Shown here piece after piece: positions 1 to 9,780 of a DNA stretch of 19,616 nt. Both the position numbers and the translations under genes were made by a program. The stretch is from Coraliomargaritaceae bacterium (lineage in GTDB: Bacteria > Verrucomicrobiota > Verrucomicrobiia > Opitutales > Coraliomargaritaceae): positions 1 to 19,616 of the forward strand of contig CBFHKU010000018.1 of NCBI GenBank assembly GCA_965656495.1, in the 5' to 3' direction. Below the pieces are notes generated by a model. The model ran no database searches and was not told the DNA's origin. It was given only the letters and a program-made list of their open reading frames with translations. The first letter of the stretch is position 1, and each line of letters starts with the position of its first letter.

Positions 1-27
1 AGTGAGTTGTTGGTTCTGATTCTTCAT
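1..27 (-). CDS. Possible 5' end of a gene running off the left edge (MKNQNQQLT...)
   Basis: ATG at 27-25 on the minus strand, with the frame open to position 1. An extended -10-like TGATAAACT lies upstream (48-40, minus). Only 9 codons are visible. Confidence 0.3.
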
Positions 28-96
28 GGTAGGAGTGTCAGTTTATCACCACTGGCAACTCCTCCCATGTCATCTTTTCTTCCCTCAAAAGCAGCC

Positions 97-996
97 CTAG
101 GGCATGGAGGCTGGCAGCATCGCGATGCTGGGGCTTTTCGGAAGGGCGCGCGCGAGGATAAATTCAAAAACACTGGGATCGCCTTTTTCGCGTACCCAGT
201 CGAGGTGTTTCTGGGCGCGTTCGTGCTCGCCTTTTGCCCGCCAATAGAGCCCGAGGTAAGTGTGGGCCTCCGTTTCCTGCGCGGAGTTGCGGACATGACT
301 GATGAGTTCGGCGGCGTTGGATTTACCGATGATGAAATTCAGGACGGGGAGCGGCCATCCGGTGCGTGGAAGATTGGCGAGGCTGTAGTCGAGGGTGCGC
401 CGGGCATTTTCGGCATCGCCGTCCTCAAGGTGCGCAAAGTATGCCAGCAGGAGGGGGTAGAGGGTTTGCTCGCCCTCGCGGGTATAGAGCAGGTTGGCGC
501 GCTTTGCACTTTGAGCGGCTTCGTTGAATTCTCCCCGGCACATGTAGGTCCATGCCAATGATTCGAAATGATACCCGCTGGGGGTCATGGTGCTGGCTTG
601 GCGAAAGGAGTTGAGGGCCTCGTCAAATCGTTCGAGGTTAAAGGCGGCAAGTCCGCGGCCGTTCCAGGCAAAAGCGTTACTTGGAAGTTGCTCGGTGAGC
701 TGATCATAAGCGGTAAAGGCTTCGGGGTAGCGCTCGAGTTTATTAAAGATCATCGCCTCACCCAGACGCGCCTGCAGGTTGTTTTGATCCGCTTCCAGAA
801 CGGTTTGAAACCCGAGGAGGGCGTCCTGGGTGGCGCCCTCACTGAGCAGTTGAAAGGCGGTATCGACCCTTGTTTGCACGCTCGGTAGCGGAGCTTCTTC
901 CTCGCCCAATAGGGTGGAGGGAGCCAATGGAAGGAGGCTTAGGCAAAATGTGATGGCTCGAAACAAACCACCTGCCGGCTGGCGTGAATAAAACAT
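97..996 (-). CDS. Secreted tetratricopeptide-repeat protein with an NlpI-like C-terminus
   Basis: TPR-like helices (ARLGEAMIFNKLERYPEAFTAY, AWNGRGLAAFNLERFDEALNSF). The C-terminal WPLPVLNFIIG...TEAHTYLG...FEFILA resembles NlpI. The N-terminus is hydrophobic and signal-like. Start placed at ATG 996 (MFYSRQ), downstream of a promoter-like sequence, rather than at 1080. Confidence 0.75.
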   Translation of the reverse strand: MFYSRQPAGGLFRAITFCLSLLPLAPSTLLGEEEAPLPSVQTRVDTAFQLLSEGATQDALLGFQTVLEADQNNLQARLGEAMIFNKLERYPEAFTAYDQLTEQLPSNAFAWNGRGLAAFNLERFDEALNSFRQASTMTPSGYHFESLAWTYMCRGEFNEAAQSAKRANLLYTREGEQTLYPLLLAYFAHLEDGDAENARRTLDYSLANLPRTGWPLPVLNFIIGKSNAAELISHVRNSAQETEAHTYLGLYWRAKGEHERAQKHLDWVREKGDPSVFEFILARALPKSPSIAMLPASMP

Positions 997-1009
997 GTCA
1001 ATGATTACA

Positions 1010-1038
1010 AACATATTGCAACAAAATGAGATAAGCAA
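1010..1038 (-). promoter_or_regulatory. Putative sigma70 promoter of the TPR gene
   Basis: TTGCTT-17 nt-TATGTT on the minus strand, in the AT-rich divergent intergenic region. Confidence 0.4.
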
Positions 1039-1094
1039 GAACAGAGCCAAGCTTCGGGGTTGAAAGCTGGAATAAGGCATTCATTGTGTGGCGC

Positions 1095-1730
1095 ATGGAA
1101 ATACACGTTCAGGAATTGCCGCCCATCGGCACCAACGCCATCACCCTTGTCGATTCAGAGCGGAAGTCGGCATGGGTCATTGATGCGCCGGAGGATGCCT
1201 ACCGCTGGGCGACCGCGCTCGCGACGGAGCGGGGCTGTACGATTGAGGGCCTCGTCCTCACCCACGGGCATTGGGATCATATCATCGATGCCCATGCCTT
1301 TGCGGATGCCGGAATTCCGATTTACGGTCATGCCGAGGATCGACCGCTCTTTGAGGATCCCGCGCGCATGGCGAGTTTTGCGATACCCGGTTTGGAACTG
1401 CACCCCGTCGCCATTCAACATTGGATTGAGGGCGGTCAAAATCTTGAAATCCTCGGGCACGCGATGGAAGTGCGCCACGTCCCGGGGCATTGTCCGGGCA
1501 ATATTTTAATTTACGCTCCCGCACTGGAGGCCGCCTTTGTTGGAGATGTCATTTTTGCCGGCAGCGTCGGGCGGTATGATTTGCCCGGCGGGGATTTTGC
1601 GGTGCTGGAACGCTCGATTCGCGAACAGGTTTACACCCTCCCGGAAGGCACCACCCTCTATCCCGGGCACGGCCCCACCACCACCGTCGCGCAGGAAAAA
1701 AGCAATAACCCTTTTGTTCGCCCGCAATAA
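1095..1730 (+). CDS. MBL-fold metallo-hydrolase (glyoxalase II-like, YcbL/GloC type)
   Basis: THGHWDH (HxHxDH) metal motif, PGHCPG, GDVIF and PGHG motifs, and a C-terminal EKSNNPF. Likely start is ATG 1095 (MEIHVQELPP). Confidence 0.9.
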   Translation: MEIHVQELPPIGTNAITLVDSERKSAWVIDAPEDAYRWATALATERGCTIEGLVLTHGHWDHIIDAHAFADAGIPIYGHAEDRPLFEDPARMASFAIPGLELHPVAIQHWIEGGQNLEILGHAMEVRHVPGHCPGNILIYAPALEAAFVGDVIFAGSVGRYDLPGGDFAVLERSIREQVYTLPEGTTLYPGHGPTTTVAQEKSNNPFVRPQ

Positions 1731-1740
1731 TGGATCGCTG

Positions 1741-2826
1741 ATGCCCGAAGCTAGCACAGACGAACAATGGATGCGGCATGCCCTGGACCTCGCGCGCCGC
1801 GCCTGGGGGCAGACCCACCCGAACCCGCTGGTGGGCGCGGTGATCGTTGAATCGGGCGAAGCGGTTGCGGAGGGCTGGCACCGTGCCGATGGCGGGGCGC
1901 ACGCCGAGGTCGAGGCTTTGCGGGCGCTGGGCCGCGCCCCCGCAAAGGATGCCACTCTATATGTGACGCTCGAACCCTGCTCGACCTGCGGGCGCACCGG
2001 TGCCTGCACCGACGCGATCATCGAGGCGGGGATCCGTCGGGTCGTGATTGGCGCGGAGGATCCGAATCCCGCGCATGTGGGTCAGGGCGTGGAAGTATTA
2101 CGCGCTGCGGGGGTCGAAGTGGTCGCGGGCGTCTTGGCTGCGGATTGCGCCGATTTGAATTTGATTTTCGGGCATTGGATCACGCGGGGGGAACCGCTCC
2201 TCGCCGCCAAGATTGCCACCACTGCGGAGGGTGCCTTTACGCCTCCCAAGGGGAGCGGGACGCCTTGGGTCACGGGGCCGGAAGCGCGCGCCGACGTCAT
2301 GCGCTGGCGGCAATATTTCCCTGCGATTGGGGTGAGTGCCAACACCGCGCTCGCTGATGATCCCCGCCTCACGGTGCGCATCGAGGGTGAGGCGGAGACC
2401 TCGCCGCGACGTTTTGTCTTTGACCGCGAATTAAAAACGGCGGGAGCGATTGATCATTTGAAACTCTACACCGATGCCCATGCTGAACAAACCGTGGTTG
2501 TTTGCACGGAGGGCTTGGACGAAGCCGCCACTTTCAAAGCGCGTGGGATTACGCTTTGGGAATTGCCGCATCCTGAGGGACGCTTGGATTGGGGCGCCTT
2601 CCGCAAGCGGTGCAGTGCCGAGCGAATTTATGGAGTTTACCTCGAGCCCGGTCCGACTTTGAGCGCGGGTCTTCTGGCGCAGGGGGCAGTCGACTACCTC
2701 TTTCATTACATCGCACCCAACGCTGCAACGGATCAAAGGCACGATTCACAAACGGGTCCCTACACCCTGCGGGAGATGCGGGAATCAAAGCACGGCGAAG
2801 ATCGATTGCAGCGCGGGTGGCTTTAA
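1741..2826 (+). CDS. ribD: Bifunctional riboflavin biosynthesis deaminase/reductase RibD
   Basis: PNPLVGAVIV, HAE and TLEPC..C zinc deaminase motifs. The reductase domain has W(V)TG, DDPRLTVR and YIAP. ATG 1741 lies 10 nt after the MBL gene stop. Confidence 0.92.
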   Translation: MPEASTDEQWMRHALDLARRAWGQTHPNPLVGAVIVESGEAVAEGWHRADGGAHAEVEALRALGRAPAKDATLYVTLEPCSTCGRTGACTDAIIEAGIRRVVIGAEDPNPAHVGQGVEVLRAAGVEVVAGVLAADCADLNLIFGHWITRGEPLLAAKIATTAEGAFTPPKGSGTPWVTGPEARADVMRWRQYFPAIGVSANTALADDPRLTVRIEGEAETSPRRFVFDRELKTAGAIDHLKLYTDAHAEQTVVVCTEGLDEAATFKARGITLWELPHPEGRLDWGAFRKRCSAERIYGVYLEPGPTLSAGLLAQGAVDYLFHYIAPNAATDQRHDSQTGPYTLREMRESKHGEDRLQRGWL

Positions 2827-2838
2827 AAGAATACGGAT

Positions 2839-3441
2839 ATGCAAATCATAATCGCTACCGGCAACGCCCACAAGGTGCTTGAATTCGAACAACTGCTCAC
2901 TGGCCTCGGGGTGCGGGTGGAATCGGCAGCGGTGGTCGGCGGAATGCCGGTGGTCGAGGAAACCGGGCAGACTTTTGCAGCGAATGCCTTCTTAAAGGCG
3001 GAGGCTTTACGCACCCTTGCACCGGCTTCCGCTTATGTTTTGGCGGATGATTCCGGGTTGGAGGTCGATGCGCTCGAGGGCGCACCGGGGGTTTACTCCG
3101 CCCGCTACGCCGGGCCGAATGCCAGTGATGCCGAGAACCGCCATCAATTGCTCGCGGCCTTGGCGGGTGTGGGTGCAGGTGACGCGACACGCAGCGCGCG
3201 CTTCCGTTGCGTCCTTTGCCTCCTCGGTCCCGAGGGCGAGGCGCAGTATTTTGAGGGCAGTTGCGAAGGGTCCATTACCGAAGCGGAACGGGGTAAGGAA
3301 GGTTTTGGCTACGATTCCATTTTCATTCCGGAGGGGTACAGCGAAACTTTCGGAGAGCTCGGTGAATCCGTGAAGCATCGCCTCAGTCACCGCGCCAATG
3401 CGGTACTCGCGCTGCGGGATTTTCTGGCAGGGGCTGATTAG
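2839..3441 (+). CDS. rdgB: Non-canonical purine NTP pyrophosphatase (XTP/dITP; HAM1 family)
   Basis: [31 protein letters not shown] and SHR motifs. Confidence 0.95.
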   Translation: MQIIIATGNAHKVLEFEQLLTGLGVRVESAAVVGGMPVVEETGQTFAANAFLKAEALRTLAPASAYVLADDSGLEVDALEGAPGVYSARYAGPNASDAENRHQLLAALAGVGAGDATRSARFRCVLCLLGPEGEAQYFEGSCEGSITEAERGKEGFGYDSIFIPEGYSETFGELGESVKHRLSHRANAVLALRDFLAGAD

Positions 3442-5492
3442 CCAGCGTCCGGCTCAACCCATTTGCCGTGGCTTTTGATGAGGTCAATCAGGCGATCGAG
3501 GGCTTCGCTTGCCGGCACGTTGTATTCCACGCACTCGCGCCCCACGTATAGATTGATCTTGTCCGGCGCACCACCCACGTAGCCAAAGTCCGCATCCGCC
3601 ATTTCACCCGGACCGTTCACGATGCAACCCATAATGGCGATCGTTACCCCTTTCAGGTGGTTGGTGCGTGCCCGAATTGTTTGGGTGACTTCCTGCAAAT
3701 CAAAGAGGGTGCGCCCGCAACTGGGACAGGCGACGAATTCCGTTTTTGAAATGCGGGCGCGGGCGCCCTGTAGAATATTATAAGCGAGGGCATTAGCTTT
3801 TTCGGTGAGGGGTTCCGTTTCAATACTGATGGCATCCCCGAGGCCGTCACTGAGGAGCGCCCCGCTCAGGATGCTGCTTTCGAGCAAACGGTCGCTGAAA
3901 TAATCCTTGGGATCGAGGGCGTTGGAGGCGCAGTTACGAATCCACAACGGCGCGCTGGGCAGGTAATTCGCGGCGGCTTCCACCAGGGCACGGTATTCGC
4001 CGAGGGGATGCTTCCCGGAGGCACTTCCCGCGCTGGAGGTGAGGATCAAGGATTCAACACCATTCGCCTGCATGGCGGCTCCTATGCCGTTTTCGAGATC
4101 CTCCGCACTGCAATCGAGCGCGAAATTAAAGCCCCGTTTTTGACAGAACTGCTGCAACTGCGCGGCGTAAAAGGCATCCTCCGCCCCCAGTCGTTGCGCG
4201 AGGGTGATCCCGCACAATTCGCCGGCAGGCCATTCAAAGGCCTCGAGGTCGGAGAGATCCACCGCATCGCTGAGCTCGAGGAAAAAAGCCGCCAGCACCG
4301 TTTCCAATCCGCGATACAATTCCGCGAAGGCCGCCAAATCCCCGGGCTGTTCGATCTTCAGGAGAAGCCCCTCGATGCGGCTTTCTTTTTGGGTTGTTTG
4401 GGTGCGGCACACCTCCTGAATGATCGCCTGCGTTTCGGTGATGGGCTGGTGTGTTTTTATAATGACTGCCGGCAGGGCATCGCCCCCGATCCGGCATTCC
4501 TTTTTTAAAGAAACCGTCGCGGTGGCGCGGCGTTGGAATTCATATGGATTCACCGCGTCCACAAGCGGCGTTTCCGGTTCTGCCCCGGCGGTCTTCGCCC
4601 AGAGTTGCATCGCTTTGTCCGCCAACTCGCGCGCCACCGGAATTTCATACACGGGGTCCTCCGTCAGGGAAACACGGATCGTGTCGCCCAGACCGTCGTA
4701 GAGGAGACTCCCGATGCCGATCGCGCTTTTGACACGGGCATCCTCGCCGTCTCCCGCTTCCGTCACGCCAAGGTGGAGGGGGTAGTGCATTCCTTCCTCG
4801 TTCATGCGCGCCACCGCGAGGCGGTAAGCCTCGATCATGACCTTTGGATTACTCGCCTTCATGGAGAGACAGATGTCCTGGAAGCCGTGGCTTTCCGCGA
4901 TGCGGATAAATTCGAGGGCACTCTCCACCATCCCGAGCGGGGTATCGCCGTAGCGGTTCATGATGCGGTCGGAGAGGGAGCCGTGGTTCGTACCGATGCG
5001 CATCGCGCGTCCGTATTCCTTGCAACGCAGCACGATCGGGGTGAAGGCTTCGTGCAGGCGTTCCAGTTCCTCCGCGTAGGCGGCCTCCGTGTATTCCTGC
5101 ACCGCAAATTTCTTTTTGTCGGCGTAGTTGCCGGGATTGATCCGGACCTTCTCGACATGCTTGGCGGCCTCCATCGCGGCGCTGGGCAGGAAATGGATAT
5201 CGGCGACCAGTGGCACCTCGCAACCGGCGGCGCGCAATTCCTTTGCAATCGGTCCCAAGGCTTCCGCCGCCTTTTTATTGGGTGCGGTGATCCGCACGAT
5301 TTCACAACCCGCTTCCGCCAGCGCGAGGGATTGCTTCACCGTGGCGGCGACATCCTGGGTGGGGGTCGTCGTCATGGATTGCACCCGCAGGGGTTGTTGA
5401 CCGCCAATCGCGAGATGACCGACGCGCACTTCGCGGGTGGGGCGGCGCAGCGACTGGAAGCGTGAGGCGCAATATGTTGCGGGCGCGGTCAT
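3438..5492 (-). CDS. ispG: HMBPP synthase IspG/GcpE, long three-domain form (684 aa)
   Basis: [36 protein letters not shown] and GDTIRVSLT motifs, plus the C-terminal CPSCGR...GCIVNGPGE [4Fe-4S] ligands. ATG 5492 lies 1 nt after the rseP stop. The 3' end overlaps rdgB convergently by 4 bp. Confidence 0.96.
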   Translation of the reverse strand: MTAPATYCASRFQSLRRPTREVRVGHLAIGGQQPLRVQSMTTTPTQDVAATVKQSLALAEAGCEIVRITAPNKKAAEALGPIAKELRAAGCEVPLVADIHFLPSAAMEAAKHVEKVRINPGNYADKKKFAVQEYTEAAYAEELERLHEAFTPIVLRCKEYGRAMRIGTNHGSLSDRIMNRYGDTPLGMVESALEFIRIAESHGFQDICLSMKASNPKVMIEAYRLAVARMNEEGMHYPLHLGVTEAGDGEDARVKSAIGIGSLLYDGLGDTIRVSLTEDPVYEIPVARELADKAMQLWAKTAGAEPETPLVDAVNPYEFQRRATATVSLKKECRIGGDALPAVIIKTHQPITETQAIIQEVCRTQTTQKESRIEGLLLKIEQPGDLAAFAELYRGLETVLAAFFLELSDAVDLSDLEAFEWPAGELCGITLAQRLGAEDAFYAAQLQQFCQKRGFNFALDCSAEDLENGIGAAMQANGVESLILTSSAGSASGKHPLGEYRALVEAAANYLPSAPLWIRNCASNALDPKDYFSDRLLESSILSGALLSDGLGDAISIETEPLTEKANALAYNILQGARARISKTEFVACPSCGRTLFDLQEVTQTIRARTNHLKGVTIAIMGCIVNGPGEMADADFGYVGGAPDKINLYVGRECVEYNVPASEALDRLIDLIKSHGKWVEPDAG

Positions 5493-5493
5493 A

Positions 5494-6930
5494 CTAGGGT
5501 TGGACGGGGTCGACCGGTTCCGCCTCGACCGGATCGGGATCCTGAAGGAGTCCGGAATCGAGACCGACCCGTTCCAGATCAAAGAAGCTTACATAGACCA
5601 TGAATCCCAAGAGGAGCATCACGAATCCCGCCTGGAGGTTTTCCATAAAGCGGCGCGGAAGAGGTCGCCCCAACAATTTGCTGATGGTGGCAAAAAGCAT
5701 GTGCCCGCCATCGAGCACCGGAATCGGCAGGAGGTTCATAAGCCCGAGATTCACGTTAATGAATGCCGTGAACCAAATGATTTCCATGAGGCCGCTTCGA
5801 GCCATGTGCGTGAGCCCGTGCACAATCCCAACGGGGCCACTCATGTTGCGTACCTTTACGTCGGAACCACGATGCAAGAGGGCGTAAAAAGTCCGTCCAA
5901 TCGTATCGACGAATCGGTTGATCTGTTCCAGCGGGCTGTAATGAATGCGCTCGGTTTTATAAGGGAAACTGTAGCCGAATCCAAAGCGGGCGGTGGTCTC
6001 GTTGTTCTCGGTTTTAATGCGCGGTTGCACCGGAAGGGTAAGGCGGCGTCCCAAGCGCTCGACCGTTACATCGATACTACGGTCACCGTGGCGGCTCAGG
6101 TAGGTCTTGAGAAAGCCGCCCGAGATGATCGGTTCGCCATCCAATTCCAAAAGGCGGTCGCCCACTTTTAAACCCGCTGCAAGCGCGGGCATATTTTTTT
6201 CCAATACCGTGATGATCGGCGCGGCACCGTCATCGGAGGCGGGTTCGATTCCGATATAACGAATCGATTCGCGCGAGACCAGCGCGGGAAAGACTTCCAG
6301 CTCCAGCGCGGCCCCGTCGCGCAGGATCCCGAGTTCCAGCATCGGGCGCCCGTCCTCGGCACGACCGGTTCCGGTGACCAGCGCACTCTGGAATTGCATC
6401 CAGTCGCGTACGGCCTGTCCGTCAATACTCACAATCGTGTCCCCTTTTTGCAGACCCGCCGTGAAAGCGGGGCCGGGTACAATTTCATTCTCGGAGTTGA
6501 CGATTTGTTCCGCGACCTGACCGACCTCGGTAGATTGAATGACCTCGCGACCCACGCCCCAAAGGATGAGGGAAAGCACCAGCGCAAGGAGGAGGTTAAA
6601 GACTGCGCCCATCACGGCGACGATCATTTTGTCGGCGTAGGAAATGGGCGGCAGGGGATTGCTTTCCTTGCCCTCCGCGCCCTCGAATCGACCCATGTCG
6701 GCGAGTTGCGGAAGGGAGACATAGCCCCCAAGTGGCAACAATGAAAGGCGGAAGTCCGTACCCTTCCACCTCCAACCAAAGAGCCGGGGACCAAACCCGA
6801 TTGAGAAACGATCCGCGATGAGGCCGCGTTTGCGGGCGGCGATGAAGTGACCGAGCTCGTGGATGAAGATGCAGAACCCGAGGGCGAGCAGGGCGATCGC
6901 GATGTGCCAGAAATTTAGAAATATATCCAT
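5494..6930 (-). CDS. rseP: RIP metalloprotease RseP (site-2 protease, two PDZ-like domains)
   Basis: HELGH zinc motif, FSIGFGP, LPLGGYV, SGPVGI and NLLPIPVLDGG motifs. Located in the conserved position after dxr. Confidence 0.93.
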   Translation of the reverse strand: MDIFLNFWHIAIALLALGFCIFIHELGHFIAARKRGLIADRFSIGFGPRLFGWRWKGTDFRLSLLPLGGYVSLPQLADMGRFEGAEGKESNPLPPISYADKMIVAVMGAVFNLLLALVLSLILWGVGREVIQSTEVGQVAEQIVNSENEIVPGPAFTAGLQKGDTIVSIDGQAVRDWMQFQSALVTGTGRAEDGRPMLELGILRDGAALELEVFPALVSRESIRYIGIEPASDDGAAPIITVLEKNMPALAAGLKVGDRLLELDGEPIISGGFLKTYLSRHGDRSIDVTVERLGRRLTLPVQPRIKTENNETTARFGFGYSFPYKTERIHYSPLEQINRFVDTIGRTFYALLHRGSDVKVRNMSGPVGIVHGLTHMARSGLMEIIWFTAFINVNLGLMNLLPIPVLDGGHMLFATISKLLGRPLPRRFMENLQAGFVMLLLGFMVYVSFFDLERVGLDSGLLQDPDPVEAEPVDPVQP

Positions 6931-6939
6931 GGGCGTAAC

Positions 6940-8106
6940 TTAGGCTTGAAAGGTTTCGGCGCGACTGCGCGCCTCGGCGTCGAGCGCGAGGAGTGACTCA
7001 ATATTGGGGACGGGCGTCGTTGCCAGTTGTTCCAAAACGGAATCAATCACTTTGGGAATCGCAAGGTAGGGGAGTTCATTTTGCAGGAAGCGCGCGACCG
7101 CGATTTCGTTGGCGGCATTGAAAACCGCCGGGGCGCCGCCGCCGGTGCGCAGGGCTGCGTATGCGAGTTCAAGGCAGGGGAAGCGCTGGGGGTCGGGCGG
7201 GCTGAAGTCGAGTTGAAACGCCGTTTTGAAATCGAGGGTCGGCTCCACTGCGGGGGCACGGTCGGGATAGAGGAGGCAATGTTGAATCGGGAAAGTCATG
7301 GAGGGCGGGCTCATTTGCGCCAGAATGGAACCGTCCACAAATTGCACAAAAGAATGGGCGATGCTCTGCGGGTGAATGACCACTTGCAGGCGCTCGGGCG
7401 GCAGACCAAAGAGCCAGTGCGCCTCAATGAGTTCGAGGCCTTTGTTTGCCATTGTTGCGGAGTCCACCGAGATCTTGCGGCCCATCGACCAGTTGGGATG
7501 ACGCACCGCATCGGCGGGGCTCACTGCGGCGAGGTCGGCGAGGGCTGTTTCGCGGAAGGGGCCACCCGACGCCGTCAAAATGAGCCGGTCAACCTGTTCC
7601 ATCGGATGCCCCTCGAGGCATTGGAAGATGGCGTTGTGTTCGCTGTCGGTCGGCAGGAGGCGGGCGCCCTTCGCACGGGCGCGCTCGATGACAAAGGCTC
7701 CGCCGAGGACGAGCGCTTCCTTGTTGGCGAGGGCGATGTCCTTGCCGGCTTCAATCGCCGCGAGGGTGGGTTGCAGACCGCAGGCACCCACCACCGCGAC
7801 CAGCACGGTATCGGCGGCGGGGAGGCTCGCTAATTCCGCAAGGGCGTCCGCGCCGGAGGCGAGCCGGGTGTGGTCTTCAAAAACGTTTTCTGCCTGCGCT
7901 TTCTGGTAGGCGTCCGGATCGGTCAGGACTGCGTGCGGCACTTTGAATTCCGCACAGATCGCCGCCAATTCGCGGTAGTTGCTCCGAGCGGAGACGCCCA
8001 CCAATTCCAGACGGTCCGAATGTTCCCGTAGTACCCGCAAGGTGTTGCTGCCGATGGAACCGGTTGCGCCGAGGAGCACGATTTTCTTGCGGGTGCAATC
8101 GGTCAT
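6940..8106 (-). CDS. dxr: 1-deoxy-D-xylulose-5-phosphate reductoisomerase
   Basis: LGATGSIG, LANKE, PTDSEH, LTASGGPF, HPNWSMG and DSATMANKGLE motifs. Confidence 0.97.
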   Translation of the reverse strand: MTDCTRKKIVLLGATGSIGSNTLRVLREHSDRLELVGVSARSNYRELAAICAEFKVPHAVLTDPDAYQKAQAENVFEDHTRLASGADALAELASLPAADTVLVAVVGACGLQPTLAAIEAGKDIALANKEALVLGGAFVIERARAKGARLLPTDSEHNAIFQCLEGHPMEQVDRLILTASGGPFRETALADLAAVSPADAVRHPNWSMGRKISVDSATMANKGLELIEAHWLFGLPPERLQVVIHPQSIAHSFVQFVDGSILAQMSPPSMTFPIQHCLLYPDRAPAVEPTLDFKTAFQLDFSPPDPQRFPCLELAYAALRTGGGAPAVFNAANEIAVARFLQNELPYLAIPKVIDSVLEQLATTPVPNIESLLALDAEARSRAETFQA

Positions 8107-8115
8107 GGCAGGGGA

Positions 8116-8949
8116 TCAGGTGAAGAGAAAGTATTTAAAGAGGAGGTAGCCGAGCGGGGCACTCAGGATGAGGCTATCGCTCAGGTCAAAGACGCCCCCG
8201 ATGCCCGGTATCAAACTCCCCGAGTCTTTGACCGCAGCCTGCCGTTTGAAGGCAGATTCCACGAGATCCGAGGTAATCGCCGCCACCGCAATGGGAATCG
8301 CAAAAAGGGCGGCGAGTCCGTAACCAAAAGCTTCGAGGCCTTCGGGACGGAAAAAGAAATGCAGTGTGAGTCCGACGAGCACGGAGGTTAGAATCCCGCC
8401 TGCCGCGCCTTCATAGGTCTTGGCGGGGCTTATTTTTGAAAGCGGGGTTCTGCCGAATTTCATCCCGAGCAGAAGACCGCCGACATCGCTGGCTTTTGCC
8501 ACCGTGATGAGCCAGACCCCCAGATAAATCCCGCTGGCGCTCCCGAGTCCATTGAGCTCGGCATGCTTCAGGCTCAGGAGGATATAATGTAATAAAAAGG
8601 GGACGTAGGTGAGTCCAAAGAGAGTGGGAAGAATGCTGCGGAGGGCATCGGTGCGCAAATCGCCACAGGCAAGCACGAGCGCGAGGATCAGGTAGCTCAG
8701 GAGGAAGAGCTCGATGCCGCTATTGAGGCCGGGTAAATAATACCCGCCCAGCAGGATGCCTGCACCGCATAAAAGCCCAAGGCGTACCTTGGGTCGCAGA
8801 TCCATCTTTTCCAGAAGTTGATACAATTCCAACTGCGTCATGAGCGCCAGCGTTGTAACCAGAAGGACTGCACCGTTGGAGCCAAGAAAGCTGAGGGCGG
8901 CGATGATGATGAGCCAAAGGAAGGTGAAACTGTAGAGTCGTTGTTTCAT
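8116..8949 (-). CDS. cdsA: Phosphatidate cytidylyltransferase
   Basis: Polytopic membrane protein with ISPAKTYEG and DLVESAFKR...KDSGSLIPGIGGVFD signatures. Start is ATG 8949 (MKQRLY); the longer ORF overlaps uppS. Confidence 0.92.
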   Translation of the reverse strand: MKQRLYSFTFLWLIIIAALSFLGSNGAVLLVTTLALMTQLELYQLLEKMDLRPKVRLGLLCGAGILLGGYYLPGLNSGIELFLLSYLILALVLACGDLRTDALRSILPTLFGLTYVPFLLHYILLSLKHAELNGLGSASGIYLGVWLITVAKASDVGGLLLGMKFGRTPLSKISPAKTYEGAAGGILTSVLVGLTLHFFFRPEGLEAFGYGLAALFAIPIAVAAITSDLVESAFKRQAAVKDSGSLIPGIGGVFDLSDSLILSAPLGYLLFKYFLFT

Positions 8950-8969
8950 TGCTAAGTAGACGAAGTTAT

Positions 8970-9713
8970 TCAGGGCGTAGGCGGTTGCAATTGCTCGGAG
9001 GTTTTTCCGTAGCGGCGTTCGCGTTGGGCGTAATCTTCCAGCGCGGCCTCGAAACTGGCGCGGTCGAAGTCCGGCCAAAGCACCTTGCTGAAATGAATCT
9101 CAGAATAAGCGGATTGCAGGAGCAGGAAATTGCTGAGGCGCGATTCGCCGGAAGTCCGTATGACGAGATCGGGGTCGGGCATGTCGTCGGTATATAGAAA
9201 GCTGCGGAATTGCGCGTAGTCGAGTTGGTTGGGGTCGAGGGTGCCGTCCTGGGCGGCTTTGGCAATGGCGCGGGCCGCATCGACCACCTCCGTGCGGGAA
9301 CCGTAGTTGAGCGCGAGGCCTACTGTAAAATCCGTGAAGTCGGCGGTACGGGCTTCGGCATCGCGGAGGCGATCCTGAATATTTTTGGGCAGTTCGTGAT
9401 AGCGACCAATCACGCGCAAACGGATTTTGTTTTTTAGCAGGTGGTGGACTTGCTCTTTCAGGAAGCGGTCTAGGAGATCCATGAGGGCGCGGACCTCATC
9501 CTTGGGGCGGTTCCAATTTTCCACACTGAAGGCGTAAAGGGTGAGGTAGCGCAGACCGAGGTCGCGGGCTGCCTCGAGGCTGTGTCGTACCGCCTCGGCG
9601 CCACGTCGATGCCCCTCGATGCGCGGCAAGCCGTGTTCTTTCGCCCAACGTCCGTTGCCATCCATAATGATGGCGACATGGCGGGGGCGTTTGTTTGTGG
9701 AATCCTGCTGCAT
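8970..9713 (-). CDS. uppS: Undecaprenyl diphosphate synthase (cis-isoprenyl transferase)
   Basis: HVAIIMDGNGRWA, YAFSVENWNRP, LNYG and PDLVIRTSGESRLSNFLL motifs. An AGGAG Shine-Dalgarno lies 7 nt upstream of ATG 9713. Confidence 0.96.
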   Translation of the reverse strand: MQQDSTNKRPRHVAIIMDGNGRWAKEHGLPRIEGHRRGAEAVRHSLEAARDLGLRYLTLYAFSVENWNRPKDEVRALMDLLDRFLKEQVHHLLKNKIRLRVIGRYHELPKNIQDRLRDAEARTADFTDFTVGLALNYGSRTEVVDAARAIAKAAQDGTLDPNQLDYAQFRSFLYTDDMPDPDLVIRTSGESRLSNFLLLQSAYSEIHFSKVLWPDFDRASFEAALEDYAQRERRYGKTSEQLQPPTP

Positions 9714-9780
9714 GGAAAGTCTCCTATCTAGAACCGCAGCGGCGCTGGGAGCAAGATTAGAGGCAAGGGTCAATTATACC

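Noticed and set aside
1537..1740. N-terminal extensions given by the ORF track for RibD, and likewise for IspG, CdsA, UppS and the 12393 ORF
   Set aside because: They overlap upstream genes or intergenic signals, and family similarity begins at the downstream ATGs used here.
1731..1740. FMN riboswitch upstream of ribD
   Set aside because: The intergenic gap is only 10 nt and no RFN motif is present.
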